Assembly: GCA_963784445.1 (NCBI GenBank)
Contig: CAWARO010000003.1
Location: 1,169,440 to 1,233,439, forward strand
DNA length: 64,000 nt
From: an uncultured Acidimicrobiia bacterium
Lineage (GTDB): Bacteria; Acidobacteriota; Vicinamibacteria; Vicinamibacterales; UBA2999
Direction: 5' to 3'
The translations under genes and the position numbers were made by a program. Numbering within the stretch: position 1 is the stretch's first letter; each line of letters begins with the position of its first letter. This document shows positions 1-8,675 of this stretch, piece by piece. Under the pieces are notes generated by a model. That model was not told the origin of the DNA and did no database searches. It saw nothing but the letters and a program-made list of their open reading frames with translations.

Positions 1-1381
1 CTATTACGACGCCAAGCTGGCGCTGGTCTGCATGACTGCCGCACCGCTGGTGGTCTATCCGCTCGTCCGCTTTGGCAAGAAAGTGCGGACTGTGACGCGT
101 TGGAGCCAGGAAGCCCACGAGCACATGTCGCATGTCGCCACCGAGGCCTTCATCGGTCATCGCATCGTCAAGGCGTTCGGCGCCGAGCGGCGGGAAGCCG
201 GCAAGTTCGATCGCGCCTCGTGGTCGCTGTTCCGTACCAACCTCAAGGTCACGCGCGTGCTGGCGCTGCTGCCGCCGATGATGGAGTTCCTCGGCGGCGT
301 CGCCATCGCCGGTGCGCTGTGGTACGGCAGCCGCGAGATTGCCCAGGGCCGCCTGACGCCCGGCGAGTTCACGTCGTTCGTGGCGGCGTTGTTATTGATG
401 TACGGTCCGATCAAGAAGCTGTCGCGCGTGAATGCGAACCTGCAGCAGGCAGTGGCCGCGTCCGAGCGGATCTTCGAGTTGCTCGACACCCACACCGAAG
501 TCCGCGAGCGCCCCGGCGCCGCTCCGCTGCCGCCGTTCACCGGCGAGATCGAGTTCAAGGACGTCAGCTTCAGCTACGAAGACGGCCATGGCCGCAACAC
601 CTTGCGCGGCGTGTCGTTCACGGTCCGCGCCGGGCAAATGGTGGCCATCGTCGGGCGGAGCGGCGCCGGCAAGACCACGCTCGTCAACCTGCTGCCGCGG
701 TTCTATGACGTCACCGGCGGCGCGATCTTGATCGACGGCCGCGATCTTCGTGACGTCACGCTGGCGTCGCTGCGCGCGCAGATCGGCATGGTAACGCAGG
801 AGACCGTGCTCTTCGACGACACCATCGCGGCCAACATCGCCTACGGTACGCCGGGCGCCGCCAAGGAACAGATCGAGGCGGCGGCCCGGGCGGCCAACGC
901 GCATGATTTCATCGCGGCGCAAGCGCACGGGTACGAGACCACGATCGGCGAGCGCGGCCAGCGCTTGTCGGGCGGTCAGCGACAGCGTCTTGCGATTGCC
1001 CGCGCGCTACTCAAGAATTCGCCGCTCCTGATCCTCGACGAAGCCACCTCCGCGCTCGACCAGGAATCCGAACGGCTGGTCCAGGAAGCGCTGGCCACGC
1101 TGATGCTCAACCGCACGTCAGTCGTGATTGCGCACCGGCTGTCGACCGTGCGCCGCGCCGACGCGATCATCGTGCTCGACCGCGGGCGCGTGGTGGAGGT
1201 GGGCCGGCACGACGAGCTAATCGCGCGCCCGAACGGCACCTACGCGCGGCTGCATGAATTGCAGCTACTCGAGAAGAGCGATGCCCGCGACACCAACGCG
1301 GGACCGGACCGGCAAAAATCAGCAGTCAGAAGGCCCTTCGACCCTGCTCAGGGCAAGCAGAAGGCAGAAACCTCGCGATGA
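1..1381 (+). CDS. ABCB/MsbA-type exporter, fused TMD-NBD (5' end lies outside the window)
   Basis: Frame is open from the window edge (codons from nt 2, YYDAKLALVCM...). Walker A GRSGAGKTT, signature LSGGQRQR, Walker B LLILDEATSALD, H-loop VIAHRLST. About 40 extra residues follow the usual end (YARLHELQ). Confidence 0.9.
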   Translation, partial: YYDAKLALVCMTAAPLVVYPLVRFGKKVRTVTRWSQEAHEHMSHVATEAFIGHRIVKAFGAERREAGKFDRASWSLFRTNLKVTRVLALLPPMMEFLGGVAIAGALWYGSREIAQGRLTPGEFTSFVAALLLMYGPIKKLSRVNANLQQAVAASERIFELLDTHTEVRERPGAAPLPPFTGEIEFKDVSFSYEDGHGRNTLRGVSFTVRAGQMVAIVGRSGAGKTTLVNLLPRFYDVTGGAILIDGRDLRDVTLASLRAQIGMVTQETVLFDDTIAANIAYGTPGAAKEQIEAAARAANAHDFIAAQAHGYETTIGERGQRLSGGQRQRLAIARALLKNSPLLILDEATSALDQESERLVQEALATLMLNRTSVVIAHRLSTVRRADAIIVLDRGRVVEVGRHDELIARPNGTYARLHELQLLEKSDARDTNAGPDRQKSAVRRPFDPAQGKQKAETSR

Positions 1382-2268
1382 TTAAGAGCATGACCGGCTT
1401 TGCGTCGCTGTCCCACGACGACGAGCGCGGCACCTTGGGCGTGACGATTCGATCGGTGAACCACCGGTTCTTGGATCTACAACTGCGGTTGCCGCCGGTT
1501 GTCGCCGATCTCGAGGCGCGGCTGCGGGCGCTCCTGCAGAAACATCTCGCGCGGGGCCGCGTGGAAGTGTCGGTGTCGTTGCAGCTGCGCCAGGGGTCGG
1601 CGCCACACGTCGAGCTGAACGAGGAGTTCGCCCAGGCGCTGGCGGCGGCCGTCGAACAGGCGCGCAGCCGCGGCGTGATCAGCGGGATGCTGACCGCCGG
1701 CGATTTGCTGCGACTGCCGCAGGCGCTCAGCATTCGCGAGCAGCTGCCGGAGGCCGGGGGCGTCAGCGCCCTGCTGGGCACCTCGCTGGATGACGCCGTG
1801 CTGACGGCGATTCAACAACTGGAAGAGATGCGCGTCCGCGAAGGCGCGCACCTGCGGACCGACCTCGACATGAGAAAAGCGCTGCTGTCGGGGCTCATCG
1901 CGCGCATTTCAACCGCCGCGAACACCGGCCGCGAAGCGCTGGAAGCCCGGCTGCTCGAGCGCGCGCGCGAGATTGCGACGACGCTGCCGATTGATCAATC
2001 AGCGCTCTCGCAGGAAGTGGTGCGCGTGGCGCAGCGGTCCGACATCAGCGAGGAGGTGACGCGTTTTCACGGCCACCTGGCCCACTGGGACGCGCTCTGC
2101 GACAGCCCGGAACCCTGCGGACGCAAGCTCGACTTCCTGTTGCAGGAGATGAACAGGGAAGTGAACACCATCGGGTCCAAGGCCGACGGCCTGCAAGTGT
2201 CGGAGGTCGTCATCCAGGCCAAAGCCGAACTGGAGCGGATGCGCGAACAGGTCCAGAATGTCGAATAG
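1378..2268 (+). CDS. YicC family stress-induced protein
   Basis: N-terminal MIKSMTGFA and C-terminal LDFLLQEMNREVNTIGSKA are typical of YicC_N/DUF1732. ATGA overlap with the upstream gene. Confidence 0.85.
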   Translation: MIKSMTGFASLSHDDERGTLGVTIRSVNHRFLDLQLRLPPVVADLEARLRALLQKHLARGRVEVSVSLQLRQGSAPHVELNEEFAQALAAAVEQARSRGVISGMLTAGDLLRLPQALSIREQLPEAGGVSALLGTSLDDAVLTAIQQLEEMRVREGAHLRTDLDMRKALLSGLIARISTAANTGREALEARLLERAREIATTLPIDQSALSQEVVRVAQRSDISEEVTRFHGHLAHWDALCDSPEPCGRKLDFLLQEMNREVNTIGSKADGLQVSEVVIQAKAELERMREQVQNVE

Positions 2269-2285
2269 CGTCACAGAAGGCACAG

Positions 2286-2930
2286 ATGACGCAGCGAGTG
2301 CGTGACAACGCAGAGCGCGGCCTGCTCTTCATTGTGTCGGCGCCCTCCGGCACGGGTAAGACGACGTTGGCGGAGCGTCTCGTGCAGATTCTACCCAACT
2401 TGCGCATGTCGCGCTCGTACACCTCGCGTCCCGCGAGGGCCGGCGAGCGCGACGGCCTCGACTATAATTTTGTGAGCCGCGCGCACTTCGACGGCATGAT
2501 CGAGCGCGACGAGTTTCTCGAGTGGGCCGATGTGTTCGGCAATCTGTATGGCACATCGCGGATCGATACCGAGCAGCTGCAGGCGTCGGGCCAGGACGTG
2601 GTGTTGGTGATCGACGTGCAAGGCGCCGCGCAGGTGAAGCGCAGCGGTATCGATCACACGTCGATTTTCATGCTGCCGCCGTCGTTCGAGATTCTCGAAC
2701 GGCGGCTGCGCGGCAGGAGCGCCGACAGCGAAGCGGCGATGCAGAAGCGGCTGGCCGCGGCGCGGGCCGAAGCCGGGTGTTATGTGGATTACGACTACGT
2801 GGTGATCAACGATCAACTGGAGCCGACAGTGGTGCGGCTGCAGGAGATCATCGCGGCGGAACGCTCGCGGATGCACCGGATGAGCCACGTGGCGGAAGAC
2901 ATTATTAAGACGTTTAAGGTTAAGAACTAA
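2286..2930 (+). CDS. gmk: guanylate kinase
   Basis: P-loop SAPSGTGKTTL; SYTSRPARAGERDGLDYNFVS; size 214 aa. Confidence 0.92.
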   Translation: MTQRVRDNAERGLLFIVSAPSGTGKTTLAERLVQILPNLRMSRSYTSRPARAGERDGLDYNFVSRAHFDGMIERDEFLEWADVFGNLYGTSRIDTEQLQASGQDVVLVIDVQGAAQVKRSGIDHTSIFMLPPSFEILERRLRGRSADSEAAMQKRLAAARAEAGCYVDYDYVVINDQLEPTVVRLQEIIAAERSRMHRMSHVAEDIIKTFKVKN

Positions 2931-2960
2931 AATTAGAAGTTAAGAATTAAGAATTAAAAA
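2905..2960. repeat. AT-rich TTAAGA(A) repeat tract spanning the gmk stop codon and the gmk-coaBC spacer
   Basis: TTAAGA-like units at 2905, 2914, 2920, 2933, 2940, 2947 and 2954. The last three have a strict 7-nt period. Strongly AT-rich within GC-rich DNA. Confidence 0.8.
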
Positions 2961-2966
2961 CCCAAA

Positions 2967-4199
2967 ATGGCGTTGATTGCATTGGGCGTGTGCGGCGGAA
3001 TCGGGGCCTACAAGGCTGTCGAGATCGCGCGCGGGCTTCAGAAGAACGGCCACGACGTGGTGGCCGTGATGACAAAGGCTGCCCGGAAGTTCGTGGGGCC
3101 GCTCACTTTCGAGGCCATCACGCGGCGCCAGGTGATTACCGACCAATGGCAGCCCGGCGCGAACGCCGACATCGAGCACATCGCGATCGCCTCGAACATC
3201 GACCTGCTCGTGGTAGCGCCGGCCACCGCGAACACCATCGCCAAGTTCGCCAACGGCCTCGCGGATGATTTTCTGTCGTCGCTCTACACCGCAACGCGCG
3301 CGCCGGTGCTGATCGCTCCGGCGATGAACACCAACATGTTCGAGCACCCGGCGGTGGTGAAGAACCTCGAGACGCTGGGCGCGCGCGGCGTGCAGATGGT
3401 CGATCCCGGGTCCGGGTACCTGGCGTGCGGTTGGATCGGAAAGGGACGTCTCGCGGAACCGGCCGACGTGGTGATCGCAGCAGAGCAGATGTTGCGATCG
3501 CGGACCACGGGATCCCTTGCGGGCCGAAGTATTTTGATCACTGCCGGGCCGACCTTCGAAGACATCGATCCGGTTCGCTTCGTCGGCAACCGCTCGAGCG
3601 GGCGCATGGGATACGCGGTGGCCGCCGAGGCGCTCCGTCGCGGCGCCGCGGTCACGCTCGTCACCGGTCCGACCCACCTGACGCCGCCGCATGGCGCCGA
3701 AGTGGTGAAGGTGCGAAGCGCCGCCGAGATGCATGCCGCGGTGATGGAGCGCGCGGCGGGGCGTGACGCCGTGATCATGGCCGCGGCGGTTGCGGATTAC
3801 ACGCCGGCCGAGAAGTCGCCCCAGAAGGTCAAGAAGAGCGACGGCCCGGTCACCATCACGCTCAACCGCACGAAAGACATCCTCGGCGAGCTCGGCAAGC
3901 TGCCGTCGCGTAAGCAGCGGCTGCCGGTACTGGTCGGCTTCGCCGCCGAAACGAAAAACGTTGTCGCTTATGCGCAGGATAAGCTCAAGCAGAAGGGTGT
4001 CGATCTCGTGGTGGCCAACGATGTGTCACGCACCGATGCCGGCTTCGATGTCGAGACCAACGCCGTGACGTTGGTGTCTTCAGCTGGAGCGGAGGAACTG
4101 CCGCTGCAGACCAAGAATGCGGTGGCGGCGAGGATCCTCGAGCGCGTCGAGCAGTTCCTGGCTGCCGTCCCCACGCAAAACGCCCCGTTGAAGGCGTAA
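2967..4199 (+). CDS. coaBC: bifunctional phosphopantothenoylcysteine decarboxylase / phosphopantothenate-cysteine ligase
   Basis: Flavoprotein half (GVCGGIGAYKAVE, PAMNTNMFEHP) and CoaB half (ITAGPTFEDIDPVRFVGNRSSGRMG); 410 aa. Confidence 0.93.
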   Translation: MALIALGVCGGIGAYKAVEIARGLQKNGHDVVAVMTKAARKFVGPLTFEAITRRQVITDQWQPGANADIEHIAIASNIDLLVVAPATANTIAKFANGLADDFLSSLYTATRAPVLIAPAMNTNMFEHPAVVKNLETLGARGVQMVDPGSGYLACGWIGKGRLAEPADVVIAAEQMLRSRTTGSLAGRSILITAGPTFEDIDPVRFVGNRSSGRMGYAVAAEALRRGAAVTLVTGPTHLTPPHGAEVVKVRSAAEMHAAVMERAAGRDAVIMAAAVADYTPAEKSPQKVKKSDGPVTITLNRTKDILGELGKLPSRKQRLPVLVGFAAETKNVVAYAQDKLKQKGVDLVVANDVSRTDAGFDVETNAVTLVSSAGAEELPLQTKNAVAARILERVEQFLAAVPTQNAPLKA

Positions 4200-4201
4200 C
4201 C

Positions 4202-4918
4202 ATGTCGCGTGAGTTGGCGGATCACCTGAAGTACTACGCGGAGATTGGTGTCGACGGCGTCAGCCGCGATCCGAAATGGCGGAGAAGGGTGTCAGACACG
4301 GTGGCAGAATCTGCCACCGTCGCGAACGTTCCCATGGTGGCAGATTCTGCCACCGTGTCTGACACCCTCCCGCTGATCCAATCCGACATTGGCCCTAACT
4401 GCACTCGCTGTAAGTTGTGCACGCTTGGGCGATCGCAAGTCGTCTTTGGCGTCGGCAACCCGAAGGCACGATTGATGTTCGTCGGCGAGGCGCCCGGTGA
4501 AGAAGAAGACAAGCGCGGTGAGCCCTTCGTGGGCCGCGCCGGCCAGCTGCTCACGAAGATCATCGAGGCCATCGGCCTGACCCGCGACCAGGTCTACATT
4601 GCCAACGTCATCAAGTGCCGTCCGCCGGGCAACCGCAATCCCGAACCCGATGAAGTGGCGCAGTGCGAACCGTTTCTGTTCCGGCAGATCGACGTCATCC
4701 AGCCGCGCGTGATCGTCCCGCTCGGCAAGTTCGCGGCGCAGTCGCTGCTGAAGACCATGGATCCGATCACGCGCCTGCGCGGCCGGCAGTTCGACTACCG
4801 CGGCGCTGTGTTGATCCCGACCTTCCATCCTGCTTACCTGCTCCGAAACCCCTCGGCGAAACGCGAAGTCTGGGAAGACATGAAGAAGGTCCGCGCAATC
4901 CTGCAGTCCGAAAGCTGA
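4202..4918 (+). CDS. uracil-DNA glycosylase, family 4
   Basis: CTRCKLC Fe-S cysteines; GNPKARLMFVGEAPGEEEDKRGEPFVGRAGQLL; ANVIKCRPPGNRNP; HPAYLLR. Confidence 0.9.
   Translation: MSRELADHLKYYAEIGVDGVSRDPKWRRRVSDTVAESATVANVPMVADSATVSDTLPLIQSDIGPNCTRCKLCTLGRSQVVFGVGNPKARLMFVGEAPGEEEDKRGEPFVGRAGQLLTKIIEAIGLTRDQVYIANVIKCRPPGNRNPEPDEVAQCEPFLFRQIDVIQPRVIVPLGKFAAQSLLKTMDPITRLRGRQFDYRGAVLIPTFHPAYLLRNPSAKREVWEDMKKVRAILQSES
4286..4368. repeat. perfect palindrome (33-bp arms, 17-nt loop) inside the UDG coding region
   Basis: 4286-4318 AGGGTGTCAGACACGGTGGCAGAATCTGCCACC is the exact reverse complement of 4336-4368. Each arm holds the sub-palindrome GGTGGCAGAWTCTGCCACC. Translated in frame as VSDTVAESATV...VADSATVSDT. 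Confidence 0.95.
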
Positions 4919-4976
4919 CTGCGGACTGTGGCCTGCGGACTTAACTCTCAACTGACGACGGTAGACTGCTGACTGT
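4916..4976. repeat. GACTG/CAGTC low-complexity spacer element, copy A (udg-priA spacer)
   Basis: ctgactgcggactgtggcctgcggacttaactctcaactgacgacggtagactgctgactgtg. The 3' half aligns with 43100-43140 and, reverse-complemented, with 41833-41875. Begins at the udg TGA. Confidence 0.8.
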
Positions 4977-7191
4977 GTCCGCGTCCGCTCGTTTAGTTTC
5001 AGTTGCGGTCCCGGTCCCTACGCTCGGCCTCCTGACGTACTCCGTGCCGCTCGATCTGCCGATGCCGGCGGCGGGTGCGCGCGTGATCGTCCCGGTGGGA
5101 CCGCGCACGCTCACCGGCGTGGTGATGGGCGAGGCCGCGGCGGCTGATACCGCGTACACGATCAGGTCGATCGCGCAGATTCTCGATGCCTCGGCCTTCG
5201 TGCCGGCGGACGTGATCAAGCTCACCGAGTGGGTGTCCGACTATTACCTCGCCGGTCCAGGCGCCACGCTGGCCGCGGCGTTGCCGCCGCACGGCCTGAC
5301 GTCGCGGCGCGATCGGTTCAAGATCCTGCGCGTGGTGGCGCTCACCGCAGCGGCGCTCGATGAGTTCCTGCCCAAGATCACCGCCAGACAACGCAATGCG
5401 ATCGAGGTGCTGCGAGGCTTTCCTGAGGGGGTGCCGTCGCCGCAATTGGCGGCGCGTCGCGTGACCGCTGCCACGGTGACACGGCTCATGGCCCTCGGGC
5501 TGATCTCGATTCGCGAAGAGCGGGTCGATCGCGATCCGTTCGAGCACGCGGTGTCGGCGATCAAACCAGCGGTGCCGCGCGATGCCACGCCCGAACAGCA
5601 GCAGGCCCTCAACACCTTGATTCCGCTCGCCGTGTCGCGGGCGTTTCACGTGGCGCTGCTGCACGGCGTGACCGGCAGTGGCAAGACGGAAGTCTACCTC
5701 CGCCTCGCTGATGTGGTCCGCAAGCGTGGCCGCGGTGTGCTGGTACTCGTGCCGGAGATTGCGCTGACGCCGCAGGTGGCGGCGCTGTTCCGCGCCCGGT
5801 TTGGCACGGCCGTGGCCATCCAGCACAGCGGGTTGTCGGACGGCGAGCGCCACGATCAGTGGCATCGCATCAGACGCGGCGACGTCGACGTGGTGATCGG
5901 CACGCGGTCGGCCGTGTTCGCGCCGCTGAAAAACCCGGGGCTGATCATCGTGGACGAGGAACACGACACGTCCTACAAGCAGGATGAAATGCCGCGCTAT
6001 CACGGCCGCGACGTGGCGATCATGCGCGGCAAGTTCGCGAATGCGCTGGTCGTGCTCGGCTCGGCGACGCCGACCATCGAGTCGTACACCAACGCGCTCG
6101 ATGGCAAGTACACCCTCGTGTCGATGCAGAAGCGGGTGCTCGATCGTCCGCTCGCCAGTGTCACCGTGGTCAACATGCGCGACGAGATCGCGCACGCCGG
6201 TGACGATGTGGTGCTGAGCCGGCCGTTGGCGGGGGCGATCGCGGAGCGGCTCGAGCGCCAGGAACAGTCCCTGATCTTGCTCAACCGGCGGGGCTTTGCC
6301 ACGTCGGTGATCTGCCGCCAATGCTCGGCGGTGCTCGACTGCCCGAACTGCAGCATCTCGCTGACCGTGCACAAGGAGGGCAGCGGCTTCAGGGGCCGTT
6401 GTCACTACTGCAATTTCAGCAAGCTGGTTTCGAAGGTGTGCGAGAAATGTGCGGCGCCATACATGGAGCGGATCGGCTTCGGCACCGAGCGCGTCGAAGC
6501 GGAAGTGAGGAAGGCGTTCCCCACCGCGCGCGTGGCTCGCGTCGATCGCGACACCGTGCGGCGCAAAGGCAGTCTCGTCGAGATCCTCGCCCGTGTGGCA
6601 AACCGCGAAGTGGACATCCTAATCGGCACACAGATGATTGCCAAGGGCCACGACTTTCCGGAGGTGACGCTGGTCGGCGTGATTTCCGCCGATGTGGGAT
6701 TGGGCCTCGCGGATTTTCGTTCGAATGAACGGACGTTCCAGTTGCTGACGCAGGTGGCCGGGCGATCGGGGCGCGGTGAGCGCCCCGGGGAGGCGATCAT
6801 CCAGTCGCTGCTACCCACGCACTATGCGATCACGCTCGCCTGCACCCAGAATTATCGCGACTTCTACGACGCCGAAATCAAGTACCGTCGCGCGATGCGC
6901 TATCCCCCGCAGGTCGCCATGGTCAACATCGTCGTGAGGGGCCGCACCTTCGCAGAAGCGATGGACGGCGCGCACGATCTGGCCGACGCTGCCCGCGGGG
7001 CGAAGGGCTTTGCAATCCTCGGCCCCGCCCCCGCGCCGTTGACCAAGCTCCGCGGCGAACACCGCGCGCAGTTTTTCCTGAAGGGAACCAGCCGCAAGGC
7101 GATGCGCGAGGCGCTACAGCTCGCCGTTTCGCGCCAGCCAAAGCTCGCGAAGCGCATCTCGATCGACATCGATCCGCTCTCGATGCTCTGA
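4975..7191 (+). CDS. priA: primosomal replication-restart helicase PriA
   Basis: Walker A GVTGSGKTEVY, DEEH box IIVDEEHD, Cys-rich zinc region CRQCSAVLDCPNCSISLTVH...CHYCNF...CEKC; 738 aa; GTG start. Confidence 0.93.
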   Translation: MSASARLVSVAVPVPTLGLLTYSVPLDLPMPAAGARVIVPVGPRTLTGVVMGEAAAADTAYTIRSIAQILDASAFVPADVIKLTEWVSDYYLAGPGATLAAALPPHGLTSRRDRFKILRVVALTAAALDEFLPKITARQRNAIEVLRGFPEGVPSPQLAARRVTAATVTRLMALGLISIREERVDRDPFEHAVSAIKPAVPRDATPEQQQALNTLIPLAVSRAFHVALLHGVTGSGKTEVYLRLADVVRKRGRGVLVLVPEIALTPQVAALFRARFGTAVAIQHSGLSDGERHDQWHRIRRGDVDVVIGTRSAVFAPLKNPGLIIVDEEHDTSYKQDEMPRYHGRDVAIMRGKFANALVVLGSATPTIESYTNALDGKYTLVSMQKRVLDRPLASVTVVNMRDEIAHAGDDVVLSRPLAGAIAERLERQEQSLILLNRRGFATSVICRQCSAVLDCPNCSISLTVHKEGSGFRGRCHYCNFSKLVSKVCEKCAAPYMERIGFGTERVEAEVRKAFPTARVARVDRDTVRRKGSLVEILARVANREVDILIGTQMIAKGHDFPEVTLVGVISADVGLGLADFRSNERTFQLLTQVAGRSGRGERPGEAIIQSLLPTHYAITLACTQNYRDFYDAEIKYRRAMRYPPQVAMVNIVVRGRTFAEAMDGAHDLADAARGAKGFAILGPAPAPLTKLRGEHRAQFFLKGTSRKAMREALQLAVSRQPKLAKRISIDIDPLSML

Positions 7192-8230
7192 CGGCGCGCC
7201 CACGAATGGTCCGATCGGTGCCGGCGTAAAGCAGACGATGAGCATCACCAACGCAACGCCGGCGAGCACCAGCCGCCCGCGACCCAGCTGCTGATCGTCG
7301 TCGAGAGTCGGCGGATGCTGAGGGCCCAACATGAAGATCATCACGCTCATGAGGATCGTCCAGACCAGCCAGCTCGTTGACACAAACGTGAGCCCAATCG
7401 CGGCTGCCATCATCGCCAGGGTGATCGTGGTCGACCGTTGCCCGAGCACGGCATAGGAGATGTGGCCGCCGTCAAGCTGGCCGATTGGAAATAGATTCAG
7501 CGCGGTCGCCAGCAGGCCGAACCACGCCGCGAACGCCATCGGGTGCATGTTGAGCCCATGAGTGGCGGGCACGTCGCCCCAAATCAGCCACGCGGCGAAC
7601 TGAAAGAGCAACGGCTCGCCAAGTTCGTCGAATCGCGAGAGATCCTCAGGAAGGCGATCGACCCGTGACAGCAGCAGGCCGACGAACAAAGCCGGCACCG
7701 CGATGACGAACCCGGCGATCGGGCCGGCGATGCCGATATCGAAGAGCGCGACCTTGCTCGGGATGCGCGATCGCAGCCTGATAAATGCGCCCAACGTTCC
7801 CGTCAACGGCAGCGGCGCCGGCAGAAAGTACAGGCCGCGTCGCATCCACGTTGTAGCGGAGGCACATCACGTAATGGCCCATCTCGTGACAACCAAGAAT
7901 CGCGAGAATCGACAGGCTGTACCACAGTCCATGGACCCAGAAGAGCGGATCCGCGAGGCGGCCACGCAGCTGGCCGAGCGCCTCGTTGAGTGTCAGCATC
8001 GGCGCTGATCCGAGCGTCGACATGTCGGTCATGAAGCCGTCGTAATGGCACCCGCCAACCATCGTCGTCGTGAAGAACGTGGCGGCCAACAGCGTGAGCT
8101 GCACGCCCAACTTGCCATGCCGTGGCGGCAGCGGTTTCGGCACGAAGTCGTCGTAACGATCGTTCGGATCTACAGGAGGCAGATCTGGAATGACAGGCGA
8201 GGGACCCTGCGGCCCCGACGGCGGGTACAC
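7114..8230 (-). pseudogene. site-2 protease family (peptidase M50) gene, split by one frame switch near 7840
   Basis: ORF 7646-8230 carries HEMGHYVMCLRYNVDATRP. The protein continues in ORF 7114-7845 as YFLPAPLPLTGTLGAFIRLRS...FDIGIAGPIAGF. The junction cgg cc[t]g tac is consistent with one extra base. Confidence 0.8.
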
Positions 8231-8243
8231 GGCTTACCCGAGC

Positions 8244-8513
8244 TTATCCGATGTTCTGAAGTTCCTTGCCTGGCTTGAAGCGGATGGTGCGCCCGGGCGG
8301 GATGCGCACTTCTTTGCCGGTGCGCGGGTTGCGGCCGATGCCGCGCTTTCGGGGCTTCACCTGAAACACGCCAAAGCCTCGCAGCTCAATGCGTTCGCCT
8401 CGCTGCATCGAGTGACGCATCGCCTCGAACACCGCGTCGACGGCCAGCTCGGCCTTGACCTTGGTCACGTCGGCGACGCGGGAGACTTCGTTCACGATAT
8501 CGACCTTGATCAT
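8244..8513 (-). CDS. IHF/HU family DNA-binding protein (IHF-beta-like)
   Basis: GERIELRGFGVFQVKPRKRGIGRNPRTGKEVRIPPGRTIRFKPGKEL; 89 aa. Confidence 0.9.
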   Translation of the reverse strand: MIKVDIVNEVSRVADVTKVKAELAVDAVFEAMRHSMQRGERIELRGFGVFQVKPRKRGIGRNPRTGKEVRIPPGRTIRFKPGKELQNIG

Positions 8514-8675
8514 TGCTGAGGGTCTGCCTTTATCGGTCTAAATAGCTTAAACCACGGCACTTACGGTGTCAAACGCATAAGTGCTTTATATGGATGTATT
8601 TATCGGCAATGATGGGCAGGGACAACAGCCACCGGTGGCCGGAAGCCCTTTCAGGTCTGATATATAGGGGAAATC

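Noticed and set aside
4301-4318. TGGCAGAATCTGCCA within the UDG palindrome as a sigma-54 -24/-12 element.
   Set aside because: The GG-to-GC spacing is two nucleotides too short, and the site is inside a coding region.
4999-6405. 468-aa minus-strand ORF across priA. Similar long antisense ORFs occur at 15096-16871, 53915-55525, 55706-56626, 27030-27821, 31114-32118, 50260-51675 and 52391-53686.
   Set aside because: They lie antisense to genes with strong motif support. They are Arg/His/Gly/Pro/Asp-rich with no motifs. This is typical of stop-poor shadow frames in high-GC DNA.
8514-8675. Possible small RNA in the 162-bp AT-rich IHF-der intergenic region (hairpin CACTTA...TAAGTG, palindrome GCCACCGGTGGC).
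   Set aside because: Only short stems are present, with no terminator and no resemblance to known RNA families that I can recognise. Divergent promoters are the more likely explanation.
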